This document shows, one piece after another, positions 46,443 through 56,253 of a stretch of 56,253 bases of DNA. This stretch comes from a virus (lineage: Duplodnaviria; Caudoviricetes): positions 1 through 56,253 of the IMG/VR virus record IMGVR_UViG_3300030451_004176; one strand, given 5' to 3'. Every line of letters begins with the position of its first letter. Positions within the stretch are counted from its first letter, which is position 1. The position numbers and the translations under genes were made by a program. The notes below the pieces were generated by a model that saw only the letters and a list, made by a program, of their open reading frames with translations, made no database searches and had not been told where the DNA came from.

Positions 46443-48887
46443 TTATCGCGGTTCAAACTCAGCAAAATCAAAACCATCTAATGTGTCTTCATTAGACTCA
46501 AAGTTAATAGGAGCTAAATTATCTTTACGTTGTTGTATTAATTTTGATTGTTGGGTGTTTTGTTGGCTAATTCTTTTTGATTTACCTTCTTCTCTTTCTT
46601 TTTCTCTTTTATTTATAGCTTGTTCTTCAACGCCTTTTAATTGCATTTGCAAATTAAATTCGTGATCCATAAGCTGTTTTTTAAGGTCGGCTTCATTTTG
46701 CAACTTTTCAATCTCAAATGCAGCTTCCGCTTGTTTGGACTGAATTTTAATTTGCCCTTCCATTTGCATTTTTTGTTGAGCCGCTTGAGCAGCCATTTGT
46801 TGAGATTGAAATTGAGTCTGAGCTTGCATTTGCTGTTGCATAGCTTGATCTTCTCTGTCTTTTTGTTGCTTTTGTTTTCTTTTTAATTTTAATAATTGAT
46901 TAGCAACTTTAAGATTTTTTACTTCTCTAATGTCAATAGCGTCTTCTAAACTAATGTCAGTTTTTGACAAAGCCATTTGTATGTTAGCTTCTAGCTGGGC
47001 TCTTTGTTCTTCGTCTGGTGCTATTTCTATAAATATACCAAAATCATATATGTATAAATCTTTTATGTCATTTAATCTAGATACATTGTATTTTCCAATT
47101 TGATTTATAAACTCTTCTTTAAAATCTGAATATTCAAGAATGTCAGAAACTCTCATTGATATATTTTCAGCCATTGTTTTGCTCATATATAAAGTAGCAT
47201 CAAGTATGTGTCTAGTAGCTGTATTAGAATTAAGAGCAGCTAACTTTTGTAAGCCAACCAATGAATTAGGGTCTGGGGTGCTTCCGTCTCTAGCTTCATT
47301 TAATCCAGTTACGGTTCTAATCATATTTAAATAATGATTATAATTATTTATTAAAGCAGCCATTTTTCTTTCACCGGTATTACCTGTAAGTGGTTGGATA
47401 GGGACTCTAGCATTGTTAAACTCTCCATCTTGTGTGTAACTTCTACCAACTACACTACCAGTTTGAAAATATAACCTAAGTGCATCCTCTGGATTATAGG
47501 CTTGACCTGTTCCTAAATCAACTTCGTTTAATCCATCTGCATCAATAAACACCCCATCTGGAACCATTTTAGCTACGACTTGTTGTAATTTTAAATGAGT
47601 GATTTGTATTTGATCGGCAAAAGGAATCATTCTTCTCACTAAAGATTCAATACTTCCTTTATACATTCTAGGAGCACAAGCTACAAAAGATGGTCTAGCG
47701 TGTTGTGAAGCAGACTTTGGTCTAACCATATTTTTAGCTAACTCCCATTTTAACATAATATTAGAACCCATCACCATTATTCCTTCATACCAAACTTCAA
47801 TCTTTTTTTCTACTCTTTCAAAATTTCCTTCATCCATCATTTCTTGTGGAGGGTTGAAGCCTTCTTCTTTTTCAATTATTTTATATTGACCATTTTCAAA
47901 TTTCTTTTTCTTATATACAAACTTTTTAAATGTTTTGTAATTAAAATAAAGAAGTGTAGCAGTGTTTTTCTGAAATAAAGTGTTGTCATAAAATCTATTG
48001 AGGTTATAATAGTCATACCATAACTGACTGTGTTTAGCAATAGTTTCAAGTTCTTCATTAGTTAGTGATGGATCTATTTTTAATAATTCTGCGATAGGAA
48101 CTGTTTTTACTTCTCCCCAATAAAAACAATCTTTAAAATAAGGATCTTCAGTGTAACTGTATACCACGTTAGCTGGGTCAACATAATCTATTTTTATACC
48201 TTCTCCAGGTAAAAACTGTTGTTTCATTACGCCAATCCCTAAAACAGTCATATCATAATTTACTCTCTTTTTTATATCCAAGAATTGATTTTCTTCTAAT
48301 ATGGTGTTTATAGCTTCTTCTTCTGCAATCTCAATAGAAGGTTTGTAGTTTAATTGCATATGAAGCTGTAATTCATTGTCGTTTTCTGGTAAATCTTGAA
48401 CTCCACTAACAAATAAATCTAAACCAAAACTTTTTTGCATATCTTTAAAAAGCTCTTGGTTGTTCATATCATATTGAATTTGCTTTTGATATTCACTTCG
48501 CATATCCATTGACAAGGCATCTTGAGCATAAGCTTTTACTGTAAACAACCTATCTGCCATTCCGTTGACTACAATGTCTACAAACTTAGGTAAAACCGGA
48601 ATGGGTGTCCAATCTAAATTTAAATAAGATAAATCACCATCAACTGCTAATTCATTTTTATATTTAGCAACTGATTGTTCTCCTCTTGCGTATAGACGTA
48701 ATTGTAAAAATTTATTATATTGGTCATAAAAACGACAAGAGTAAACTCCTGCTCCTCCATTTCTAAACCATTCATATTGTATGGCTTGACCTATTTTTAA
48801 ACCATATTCTTGTGTTTCTTTTTCTGCGTCTGAAGCAAATTGATTAGGAAAACTTGTAGACTGTACTTGTATTTCAATGTTTTTCAT
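46443..48887 (-). CDS. portal protein
   Basis: 814 aa after terminase; LNLDWTP.P..PKFVD, TGLNEARDG; Q-rich barrel-like C-terminus. Confidence 0.88.
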   Translation of the reverse strand: MKNIEIQVQSTSFPNQFASDAEKETQEYGLKIGQAIQYEWFRNGGAGVYSCRFYDQYNKFLQLRLYARGEQSVAKYKNELAVDGDLSYLNLDWTPIPVLPKFVDIVVNGMADRLFTVKAYAQDALSMDMRSEYQKQIQYDMNNQELFKDMQKSFGLDLFVSGVQDLPENDNELQLHMQLNYKPSIEIAEEEAINTILEENQFLDIKKRVNYDMTVLGIGVMKQQFLPGEGIKIDYVDPANVVYSYTEDPYFKDCFYWGEVKTVPIAELLKIDPSLTNEELETIAKHSQLWYDYYNLNRFYDNTLFQKNTATLLYFNYKTFKKFVYKKKKFENGQYKIIEKEEGFNPPQEMMDEGNFERVEKKIEVWYEGIMVMGSNIMLKWELAKNMVRPKSASQHARPSFVACAPRMYKGSIESLVRRMIPFADQIQITHLKLQQVVAKMVPDGVFIDADGLNEVDLGTGQAYNPEDALRLYFQTGSVVGRSYTQDGEFNNARVPIQPLTGNTGERKMAALINNYNHYLNMIRTVTGLNEARDGSTPDPNSLVGLQKLAALNSNTATRHILDATLYMSKTMAENISMRVSDILEYSDFKEEFINQIGKYNVSRLNDIKDLYIYDFGIFIEIAPDEEQRAQLEANIQMALSKTDISLEDAIDIREVKNLKVANQLLKLKRKQKQQKDREDQAMQQQMQAQTQFQSQQMAAQAAQQKMQMEGQIKIQSKQAEAAFEIEKLQNEADLKKQLMDHEFNLQMQLKGVEEQAINKREKEREEGKSKRISQQNTQQSKLIQQRKDNLAPINFESNEDTLDGFDFAEFEPR

Positions 48888-51133
48888 TATCTTATTAATT
48901 CACTTAAATTTCCTTTATTTGTGTATCTTGCAAAGTTAATGCTTATTTTTGACTCTTTCACCACCGGCTGATACAGATGTTTTTGATTAGCCATTATAGC
49001 TAATCCTGAGCTAATTGTAGCATCAAACTTAGTTCTTTTATTTATATTAAATCGAGCCCAATCTTCAAGAGTTCTTGTAAAGTACATAGAACCAATACAA
49101 TCAGATTCTCGATGTATTCCTTCCAAATCAAAACCTACATATTTTTCAATGTAAGCTTCAATGGCGGCTGCGTGAGCTTGCTTTACATCTTCACTAGTAT
49201 TTGGAATACCGCCTAATTCTTTTTCCGACACGGAGAGTTTTGTATATCTTTTATCTGGTCTATTCATACAATATCCTCTGTAGCCTCTGTTTTTAAAATG
49301 ATACAATAACCTAGGCTTGTTATTTTCTACGAGTATAGGCATACCATAAAAAACGCAAGCCATTAAAACTTCTTCAAAAAATATCTCTGCTGTTTGAGGT
49401 CTAGCTACGTATTCTAAAAAAAATTCATTAGTAGGTGCTTCATCCATATGATACTTCGTCATTCCGTGTAAAGCACCGTTAGATCCACCTCCTCCTACTG
49501 TTCCAGAGATATCATAACTGTCACAACCAAAAGCACCTAAGTGCTCATTACCAGGATAATACCTCCCGTTACGACTTTCTTTTTTATTTCTTAAATTATT
49601 TTTAGGAACCCAACTAACTAAAAATCTACCTTTTGGATCGGGGGACCAAATTACTTTGGTGTCTTTAACTCCGTTCTGCCAATGAAAAGACCCTCTAGTT
49701 AAAAAATGTTCTTTAATTAAAGAATCATTATAATCTATTTGTTGATATATTTTTGTTAGATTGAAAAGAGATTGTTTGCTTTCATCTCTAAATGCGTGGG
49801 ATTCAGTTCTAGGAAACTGACGATAAAATTCATTAAGAGCATCAGCATCGTTTTTTAATGACGCTACTTCATTCTCCCAATAATTAACTGCTCCCATATA
49901 TATATACTCTCCATCGTTTCCAACAACTGGATTGCTAGGCGTTTCTAAAACAGGCATACCATAACGATCTATATATCCTTCGAAATTGTATTCCATAGGA
50001 ATGAATAAAGAATATAACCCACTCTTAGTCTGACCGTTAGCATTTCTTTTGGTAACGTCAGAGTCATAATAAAGTTTTTTAAAATTATCCCCACCTTTGT
50101 CTAATGCATTGGAAGTAGAGCCCATCATACACTTACCTATAATTTTACTTCCTAATCTTAAACACGTTTTGGTTACCCTCCAGTTATTTAGTATGTTATC
50201 TGGCTTATCCCACTTACCACTTTCATCGTGTATAAGGAGCTGTAATTTTTCTCCATCGTATGAGTTGTCTGAAGTGTTTTTCCAGTCTATAGTAGTATCA
50301 AGTCCTTCTAACTCAATATCTTCTGTTTCATACATATTCTTCTTTGTGATCTTACTGGCAGGAACCCTATACGCTAATTCTGTTTTTGGCTTGTCCATAC
50401 CATCTTGTATAGGCTTAAAAAAGAAAGGGTAGTTATTAGAAATAGGAACTACTTTGTCGGTAAATAATTTCTTAGCGTCTCCACCAGTTTTCGACAGTAT
50501 ACCTATCCTGGAATCTTTTGATATTGTACCTGTGTTTACCGCTTCACAAGAACCCATAAACGAAAAACCAGATCGTCTTATCTTTAAATAACACATTCCA
50601 AAACTTCTTTTGTCAGCTTTACAAGCTTCCCAAAAAATATAAAATACACGGTTTGCTTCTCTGTAATTAGGATATCCTACATCTATTTTAGTCCACTGCA
50701 GATAATTGTAATGCGTACCCGTAATGTAAGTAGGATTACCATTATTCATAAACCAATATCCTAAATCTCTTTTGTCAAATTCAGATTCAATATAATCTAC
50801 CCACTTATCTTTAAATTCAGCACTTCTTTCATTCCATTGAAATATAGAGTTTATGCGCTTTAGTTCTTTGTGGTGCTCTTGTCTTTCCCAATATTGTTCT
50901 TGTTGTTTTTTAGATCGAGTATATACTTTCTTAGGTTGTAAAGGTAATCCCACCAAAAGCCCTTGAATATTATATATTTCTCCTAACGTACCATCTTTTG
51001 ATATGACAACAATACCATACTTTTCATTATAGCCATATTCCCATTTTTTTGTTTTGTTTTTATTTACTAAAACATTTTTTGGAATAAGGCCATCTATAAC
51101 CTTATATAAACTATTTAGACCTTCTTTCTGCAA
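48887..51133 (-). CDS. terL: terminase large subunit
   Basis: LKIRRSGFS (Walker A), LIHDESGK (Walker B), GCDSYD, ENNK, FDATI (nuclease). Confidence 0.9.
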   Translation of the reverse strand: MQKEGLNSLYKVIDGLIPKNVLVNKNKTKKWEYGYNEKYGIVVISKDGTLGEIYNIQGLLVGLPLQPKKVYTRSKKQQEQYWERQEHHKELKRINSIFQWNERSAEFKDKWVDYIESEFDKRDLGYWFMNNGNPTYITGTHYNYLQWTKIDVGYPNYREANRVFYIFWEACKADKRSFGMCYLKIRRSGFSFMGSCEAVNTGTISKDSRIGILSKTGGDAKKLFTDKVVPISNNYPFFFKPIQDGMDKPKTELAYRVPASKITKKNMYETEDIELEGLDTTIDWKNTSDNSYDGEKLQLLIHDESGKWDKPDNILNNWRVTKTCLRLGSKIIGKCMMGSTSNALDKGGDNFKKLYYDSDVTKRNANGQTKSGLYSLFIPMEYNFEGYIDRYGMPVLETPSNPVVGNDGEYIYMGAVNYWENEVASLKNDADALNEFYRQFPRTESHAFRDESKQSLFNLTKIYQQIDYNDSLIKEHFLTRGSFHWQNGVKDTKVIWSPDPKGRFLVSWVPKNNLRNKKESRNGRYYPGNEHLGAFGCDSYDISGTVGGGGSNGALHGMTKYHMDEAPTNEFFLEYVARPQTAEIFFEEVLMACVFYGMPILVENNKPRLLYHFKNRGYRGYCMNRPDKRYTKLSVSEKELGGIPNTSEDVKQAHAAAIEAYIEKYVGFDLEGIHRESDCIGSMYFTRTLEDWARFNINKRTKFDATISSGLAIMANQKHLYQPVVKESKISINFARYTNKGNLSELIR

Positions 51134-51389
51134 AACCTTGATTAGTTGTTTTTACTTCTTTTTTAGCTACCCCGTTTAAATTTTCTTTTTCAGTTTCTAT
51201 CTTGTTTAAAATATCAAAAGCATCTGTTATAGCCAACTTTTTAGTAGCTGCTGCGTTCTTTAATCTATCAGCGGCTAACTCATCTTCAGGGTTAGGCTTT
51301 ATAATATCTTCTTTAGCTACTTTAATAAGTTGCTCTACAGCTTTATATCCTGCTTCAATTATTTTTAATTTTATTTCATTCGATTCCAT
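51111..51389 (-). CDS. putative terminase small subunit
   Basis: Helical 92 aa overlapping the terL start. Confidence 0.45.
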   Translation of the reverse strand: MESNEIKLKIIEAGYKAVEQLIKVAKEDIIKPNPEDELAADRLKNAAATKKLAITDAFDILNKIETEKENLNGVAKKEVKTTNQGFAERRSK

Positions 51390-51952
51390 TAGAGTTTTAT
51401 TGTTACGTTATTACATCTTACTCTGTAAAGTTTCTCTTCATCTATAGTAAACTCATATTCTGAATTAGGTTTAAAACAAACTTTATCTCCTTGGTCTACT
51501 CCTAGATTTTCAAGTATTTTATTATTAATACACACCTCCCCTGTTAAAGGTTGATAAGTATCATTACTAAATATAATAGATTTTTCTTTTAAAGAAGGTT
51601 TTATAAAACAATACTCTCCGTGAGAAAACCATTTGTTTTTTTGTTTGTAAGCAAAAAATTGACTTTCATCTACTAGAAACTCATTATCTTTTAAAAAACT
51701 TCTTCCGCTTTTTTCTCTGCCTTTCATATCGTAGTATAACTTAAATACATTATGATGAACCAGCAGAGTGTCTCCCTTTTTTATTGGCCCTTTGTAATTT
51801 ATAGGGGTTGAAACTACTTTAGCAAACCTGTTAGAAACAGTATGATCTTCTTTGGTAGAAGAAATAATAAAATCTACATCTCCTATTTTTTTAACATTAT
51901 CATACCTTTTATTGTTTAAAGGGTTTACCACAAAACAAAAAGGTGACTTCAT
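51389..51952 (-). CDS. tandem two-domain GroES-like protein
   Basis: Two repeats: VVNP...AKVVSTP...IKKGDTLLV and FIKP...GEV...VDQGDKVCF...EFTIDEEKLYRV. Confidence 0.55.
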   Translation of the reverse strand: MKSPFCFVVNPLNNKRYDNVKKIGDVDFIISSTKEDHTVSNRFAKVVSTPINYKGPIKKGDTLLVHHNVFKLYYDMKGREKSGRSFLKDNEFLVDESQFFAYKQKNKWFSHGEYCFIKPSLKEKSIIFSNDTYQPLTGEVCINNKILENLGVDQGDKVCFKPNSEYEFTIDEEKLYRVRCNNVTIKL

Positions 51953-51953
51953 A

Positions 51954-52178
51954 TTAAAAATCTAAATTATACTCAATAGCTAAAGGTATAGTGGAATTAA
52001 AAGATTTCCACAAAAAAACTTCATCTTCTTTTATGATCCATATTTTTATAGATCCTTCGTTTGTATCGTGTTTTATGTGGTGAATACTATATTTACCACC
52101 TAGAACATTTTGTCCAATTATATAATGCATTGATCCAGACTTATAGTCAGGCCCAACTGATATTTTTCTAATTTCCAT
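51954..52178 (-). CDS. hypothetical protein
   Basis: IRKISVGPDYK..MHY..GQ...LWK.F. Confidence 0.7.
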   Translation of the reverse strand: MEIRKISVGPDYKSGSMHYIIGQNVLGGKYSIHHIKHDTNEGSIKIWIIKEDEVFLWKSFNSTIPLAIEYNLDF

Positions 52179-52194
52179 TTCATTAAATTAAATT

Positions 52195-53355
52195 TTACGA
52201 TTTCCAGAAATGCAAACAAATTCTTTTTACCGAATTAGCTTCAGCATCTGTAGGTAGGTCTGTGCTTAAATTTGAAGTAGGAGTAGCATCATATGCTGCT
52301 GTTGACTGTGATAAATTAACATCAGTTAAAGAAACAGTTTTTCCTAAAGGTCTGTAACTATTGGAAGAAACTCTTATAACAATATTTTGTCCATCTGTTA
52401 AATTAAACGGCTCTGAAAATGTTCCGGTATTTATTCCTGCTGTAGCACCGCTAATAGTTACACTACCTAATAAAGCTCCAGAGGCAGCAGTTAAGGTTCC
52501 GCTATAAATAGCTACATTTATATCTACGCCTGCATTTGTTGTAGAAGACCATAAAGAAACTCTATTTACTCCTGTAATATTCGCATCTGAAACAGCTTGT
52601 GTCCAAATAGTCCAATTTCCGTTTTGAGCTGAGTCTCCTGAATATATTTCTAAAGGGGAAAACCCATCATCTTCAGCAGCTGCCGAAACGGCTGCCCATT
52701 TCACACCTCCTGTTTGTGTGCTATCTGCTGTAAGCACGTGATTGTTTGTACCTACAGGCAAAGCTATAGGGTCTGTAACCCCATCACCTACTAATAAAGA
52801 TCCTTTGGCAGTAACGTCTAAAGCAGTAATAGCTGAAGTTCCGCTACCTAATAAAACAAAACCATCTGAAAAACTAGTGGCTCCAGTCCCTCCATTGGCC
52901 ACCGCTAGAGTTCCTGATACATTATCAACACTTATTTGTGCAAAGTTAGCATTGACGCCATTAGAAGTTAAAACATATCCTGTATCAGCAGCAGCAGCAT
53001 TAGTTAAGTTATCTATTGCAGCTTGGCGTGTAGCAGCTCCAGTTCCTCCGTCTGCAATAGCCAGTGTTCCTGTTATAGATGAAGCTCCTAAATCAACAGC
53101 CATCTCTGTGGCTTCAAATACAATTCCACCGTTTAATTTTAAATCAGCACTTATTGTAGATGGAACAGTTCCAAAATTAATATCTATACCATCTCCCGCC
53201 TGTATAGACGCACCTCCACCACCAATGAAGTTAGCTATGGATTGCATTGTTACCGTTTTAGTGCTGTTAGAATCGCTAACGTCTGTTAATACTAAATAGT
53301 CCCCAGCTGCTGGGGTTATAGAGGGGTAGGATGAGGTATCAGATATTTTAGCCAT
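52195..53355 (-). CDS. tail fibre protein
   Basis: MAKIS...DYLVLTD anchor; GTLA(I/V)A.GGTGA repeats; [16 protein letters not shown]. Confidence 0.75.
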   Translation of the reverse strand: MAKISDTSSYPSITPAAGDYLVLTDVSDSNSTKTVTMQSIANFIGGGGASIQAGDGIDINFGTVPSTISADLKLNGGIVFEATEMAVDLGASSITGTLAIADGGTGAATRQAAIDNLTNAAAADTGYVLTSNGVNANFAQISVDNVSGTLAVANGGTGATSFSDGFVLLGSGTSAITALDVTAKGSLLVGDGVTDPIALPVGTNNHVLTADSTQTGGVKWAAVSAAAEDDGFSPLEIYSGDSAQNGNWTIWTQAVSDANITGVNRVSLWSSTTNAGVDINVAIYSGTLTAASGALLGSVTISGATAGINTGTFSEPFNLTDGQNIVIRVSSNSYRPLGKTVSLTDVNLSQSTAAYDATPTSNLSTDLPTDAEANSVKRICLHFWKS

Positions 53356-53581
53356 TTTCTTCTTTCTTTTTTACTTCTCCAGTTTTTAAATCAATTACAG
53401 AATCTTTACCATATTTCTCTATTAACTCTCTTTCTATGAGTTGAAACTTTCTTTTTATTTCTTGAATCTCTTCGATTATAGAAAGTTTTTGTAATTCTGC
53501 ATCTCCTAAAGAAACTTTTAAAGTGTTAAAATTCTTATTAAGTTCAGTTATGTTATTAAGTTCTTTTTCTTCTAATTTCAT
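53348..53581 (-). CDS. small coiled-coil protein (possible fibre chaperone)
   Basis: L.EKYG...IDLKTGE; TATCTTTG box at 53610-53617. Confidence 0.6.
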   Translation of the reverse strand: MKLEEKELNNITELNKNFNTLKVSLGDAELQKLSIIEEIQEIKRKFQLIERELIEKYGKDSVIDLKTGEVKKKEENG

Positions 53582-53618
53582 TGTATTAAATTTAAGTTGT
53601 GTATTATTGCAAAGATAG

Positions 53619-54068
53619 TTATTTTTTGTCTTTCATAGTGGAACCATAAAAATATCCAGTTATGCTCAAAGCTATGCCTTCTGTGATACCAATTAAATGA
53701 ATCCAAATTTCTTTATTGTGTTCTGGTATTTGTAAAAACACAATAGCATATACTAAAAAACCAAATGCAGACAAGCCTACTAATCCAGTTAAGTTAAACA
53801 TAAAGTCAAACTTTTTAAATTTAGAAACCTCTATCTCTCTTTTCCTAGCTGAGTCTCTGTCTTCTACTTCAAGTTTATATACTTCTACTATTTGAGCGTG
53901 CAGAGCAGCTTTTTCTTCAGGTGTTAAGTCAGGGTCTTGTGAGATGAGGTTTTTGACAATTCCAAGACTGCCATTATCGGGGAGCACGTCTCCAATAACA
54001 TCTAAAATTTTGGGTGCTTTTTCTTTTAAGAATTTACCTACTTTTGTATCTTTTAATTTAGTTTTCAT
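53619..54068 (-). CDS. putative holin
   Basis: DRDSARKRE followed by two TM helices and YFYGS; near the endolysin. Confidence 0.7.
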   Translation of the reverse strand: MKTKLKDTKVGKFLKEKAPKILDVIGDVLPDNGSLGIVKNLISQDPDLTPEEKAALHAQIVEVYKLEVEDRDSARKREIEVSKFKKFDFMFNLTGLVGLSAFGFLVYAIVFLQIPEHNKEIWIHLIGITEGIALSITGYFYGSTMKDKK

Positions 54069-54250
54069 TTTCCTATAAGACCTTCAATAAAAGTGGCAAG
54101 ACTTGCTCCAAAGATAGCTAGAGAAGTCCAGAATTTTTTCTCTAAGCTTCTGATTCGGTTTTCGTGATCATTCTTTTGCTTACTAATCTCTTCTAGCTTA
54201 GTTGTAATAACAGCTTGTCCCTCCAATAATTGATTTATTTTTTCTTCCAT
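54065..54250 (-). CDS. small coiled-coil membrane protein (lysis-associated)
   Basis: DHENRIRSLEK plus C-terminal TM. Confidence 0.6.
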   Translation of the reverse strand: MEEKINQLLEGQAVITTKLEEISKQKNDHENRIRSLEKKFWTSLAIFGASLATFIEGLIGK

Positions 54251-54708
54251 TGTTTGTAACGTGTTCTGTTCTTACTGTCTTTGTAAGCAACAAGTATTTG
54301 GTTTCTTTGTTTTTCGCCTGGATTATATGATATATGAACCCAATCGGGGTTTTCGTCTGTTCCGAACTCCCAAATCATTTGATCAAAATCCAAATTATCT
54401 TTTACAAAGATAAACAAATCTGAGTTATCTGGCTGAGAATGACCGTCTCTGTCCAGATCTATAGCTTGTCCTTTGCTATGTTGAGATGTTTTACTACCTC
54501 CTATAGCCTCATTAAGAGCTTTTGATCGGTATCCAGAAGATATATGAATAGGAACGCCAAAGTAATCTCTAATAGGTTGAAAGATGTTTTCTGCTAGGGC
54601 TTTCATATTCTCAATGTGCTCTGGTGTGGGAGTGTTGTCAATGCCTTTTCGTAAAGCAGTCCAGCTCTTAGTCATTTCTTTTAACGATAGGTTTTTAGAT
54701 AGTTTCAT
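54235..54708 (-). CDS. endolysin, peptidase M15 family
   Basis: SSGYRS..LN..IGG...SQH..GQAID...WVHISY; start reassigned to MKLSKN. Confidence 0.9.
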   Translation of the reverse strand: MKLSKNLSLKEMTKSWTALRKGIDNTPTPEHIENMKALAENIFQPIRDYFGVPIHISSGYRSKALNEAIGGSKTSQHSKGQAIDLDRDGHSQPDNSDLFIFVKDNLDFDQMIWEFGTDENPDWVHISYNPGEKQRNQILVAYKDSKNRTRYKQWKKK

Positions 54709-54956
54709 TCTGATAGAGGTGTTTCTGGTGAGTTCCAAGCATCAGTAGACATTAAAACTAAGCAATCTGCGTGGTTCATAGTTTCTATTGGGGTTACAGT
54801 TCCATCCTTTATAAAAATAGGTGTTGAGGTGTATTTAATAACAAATTGTGATTCATCAACATTTTTACGAATTGTGTTTTCACTTTTTTCATATACCTGT
54901 GAAAAGTCAATGTTGCTTAAATCTGCTATATTTATTATTGAATATGTTTTTTCCAT
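54705..54956 (-). CDS. small LamG-cassette-associated protein (paralog of 1647..1895)
   Basis: IDFSQV...TIRKNV...P.F motif. Confidence 0.75.
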   Translation of the reverse strand: MEKTYSIINIADLSNIDFSQVYEKSENTIRKNVDESQFVIKYTSTPIFIKDGTVTPIETMNHADCLVLMSTDAWNSPETPLSE

Positions 54957-54965
54957 TTTTATATT

Positions 54966-55724
54966 TTAAGTCGGTACATCTTCTACAATATCGCTTGATG
55001 ATGCGTTTATCATTGTTAAATTATATCCGCTTGTTCCGTGATCGATTAATGTAGGATATGTATCACCATCTCCCATACGATACCAAGTTGTAGGTGCGGT
55101 TAAACCGTTACTATTTAAATCGTTTGGCACCCCTGAATTATATATAGTTGAAGCATCATCCCTTAAATCAACACCAGACCATAAAGCAACTTCATCTAAA
55201 TTACCCTGAAAAGATTTATTTGCTTGTGTAGTACCACCAACTGTCAAAGTAGCTGGATGTGATGGAAAACTTGAGTTACCTATAGCTGAACTTAATGTTA
55301 CTTCGCTACCATCAACAAACAATTTTGTTTTATTTTCATTTGGTGATAAACTTAAATCTACACAAAATAAAATATGATGCCATAAACCGTCTTGCCTAAA
55401 ATTGCCTATGTCTACAAATACCTTTTTTCCAGATGTACCTTGTGCCAAAGTAAATATAAATTTTACTTGGCTTCCCATAGTTAATTCTATTTCAAATGTT
55501 TTTCTGCTATATGGTGGTCCAACTTTTACTACAGTATCGTGTTGGTTGCTATTATTTCCGTTGCATTTAAACCAAAAAGAAAAAGAACCTTTTGTTTCCC
55601 CATCAAATTCAGAATAATTCACTGATGTTTCCGTCCTTGAATCAATCCCATCAAAAAGAATTGATTTAGTGTTTGTAAAGGAGGGACCTGCTACATTTAA
55701 TAAGCTATGATAATGTCTACTCAT
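54966..55724 (-). CDS. single-LamG fibre protein
   Basis: LamG motifs; first 11 aa identical to 270..1217. Confidence 0.85.
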   Translation of the reverse strand: MSRHYHSLLNVAGPSFTNTKSILFDGIDSRTETSVNYSEFDGETKGSFSFWFKCNGNNSNQHDTVVKVGPPYSRKTFEIELTMGSQVKFIFTLAQGTSGKKVFVDIGNFRQDGLWHHILFCVDLSLSPNENKTKLFVDGSEVTLSSAIGNSSFPSHPATLTVGGTTQANKSFQGNLDEVALWSGVDLRDDASTIYNSGVPNDLNSNGLTAPTTWYRMGDGDTYPTLIDHGTSGYNLTMINASSSDIVEDVPT

Positions 55725-56253
55725 TACGGTGTATCTTCTACTCTTGCAGTTTCACTCATATTAATACTCCAACTATTGTTATCACTCCATTTAGTGCTTC
55801 CTTCTAAATTTGTAGGCACATCCATATTAGTGCCTGTTCCATTTGCTTCACTTCTTGGTGCATCTCCTACTAAACCATCAATTCCTATGTTCTGTCCTGT
55901 TCCATCATTTGAGCCACCTGTAGACATATCTCTTACAGTCCATTGGCTACCATTCCAAAAGCTATTACTTCCTAAAGGATACCAAGCTACAGGTTGAGGT
56001 GTGAAACTTGTAAGGTCTTGAGGTACACCATTTGAATATAGTTTTAGAACTTCTGTAGATGTTAACTCTTCATTGAATACAGATATATTTGACATCTTAC
56101 CATTTAAGTGTCTATTACCAAAACTTCTACCAATTTTAAAGGGTGCTGCCGTGTTTGTCATAGCTACATAAGTACCATTTACAAAGGTTGAAGTAGTCAT
56201 TTCATCTCCATTTAAATATATTTTTAAACCGCTTACACTTGCACTACCATCAT
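55724..56253 (-). CDS. C-terminal part of a LamG fibre protein (runs off right edge)
   Basis: Frame open to the window end (DGSASVSGLKIYLNG...); C-terminus parallels 1924..5610. Confidence 0.85.
   Translation of the reverse strand, partial: DGSASVSGLKIYLNGDEMTTSTFVNGTYVAMTNTAAPFKIGRSFGNRHLNGKMSNISVFNEELTSTEVLKLYSNGVPQDLTSFTPQPVAWYPLGSNSFWNGSQWTVRDMSTGGSNDGTGQNIGIDGLVGDAPRSEANGTGTNMDVPTNLEGSTKWSDNNSWSINMSETARVEDTP

Noticed and set aside
25359-51133. Assignment as a crAss-like phage with virion RNA polymerase or a recoded genetic code
   Set aside because: The structural gene order is reminiscent, but there is no RNAP motif or DNA polymerase, and genes are intact in the standard code.
1-56253. 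Window ends joining directly into a closed circle
   Set aside because: Direct joining creates an in-frame stop and omits part of a LamG core, so sequence is missing between the ends.

Overview
Most of the genome of an AT-rich, podovirus-like dsDNA phage. The host is probably a Bacteroidota (flavobacterial) species, because promoters carry TAnnTTTG boxes and leaders are A-rich with no Shine-Dalgarno. There are three blocks. (1) The minus-strand arm 1-11619 has groEL-groES, a run of tiny Lys-rich ORFs, an RcGTA-like head-spike base and an array of LamG/ConA-like fibre genes. (2) The plus-strand early/replication arm 12571-25362 has small host-interaction ORFs, a GP88-like Cys protein, ERF recombinase, PD-(D/E)XK exonuclease, SSB-like protein, primase-helicase, SF2 helicase, VRR-NUC, two DnaA-domain-IV-like HTH proteins and HNH. 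(3) The minus-strand morphogenesis/lysis arm 25359-56253 has more LamG genes, M15 endolysin, holin, tail fibre, a tandem GroES-like protein, terminase, portal, scaffold, major capsid protein, adaptors, nozzle and ejection proteins. LamG genes run off both ends, so the two ends are probably neighbours on a circular map with a gap between them. I recognised no DNA/RNA polymerase, integrase, tRNA or CRISPR array. Leading hypotheses: a modular capsid-spike fibre built from nested LamG domains completed between chains; an ORF-less ~75-nt late transcript antisense to early-gene leaders; a 110-bp element duplicated in inverted orientation before groEL and the primase; and a pseudoknot ahead of the SSB-like gene. 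All family calls come from motif recognition by eye, not database searches.
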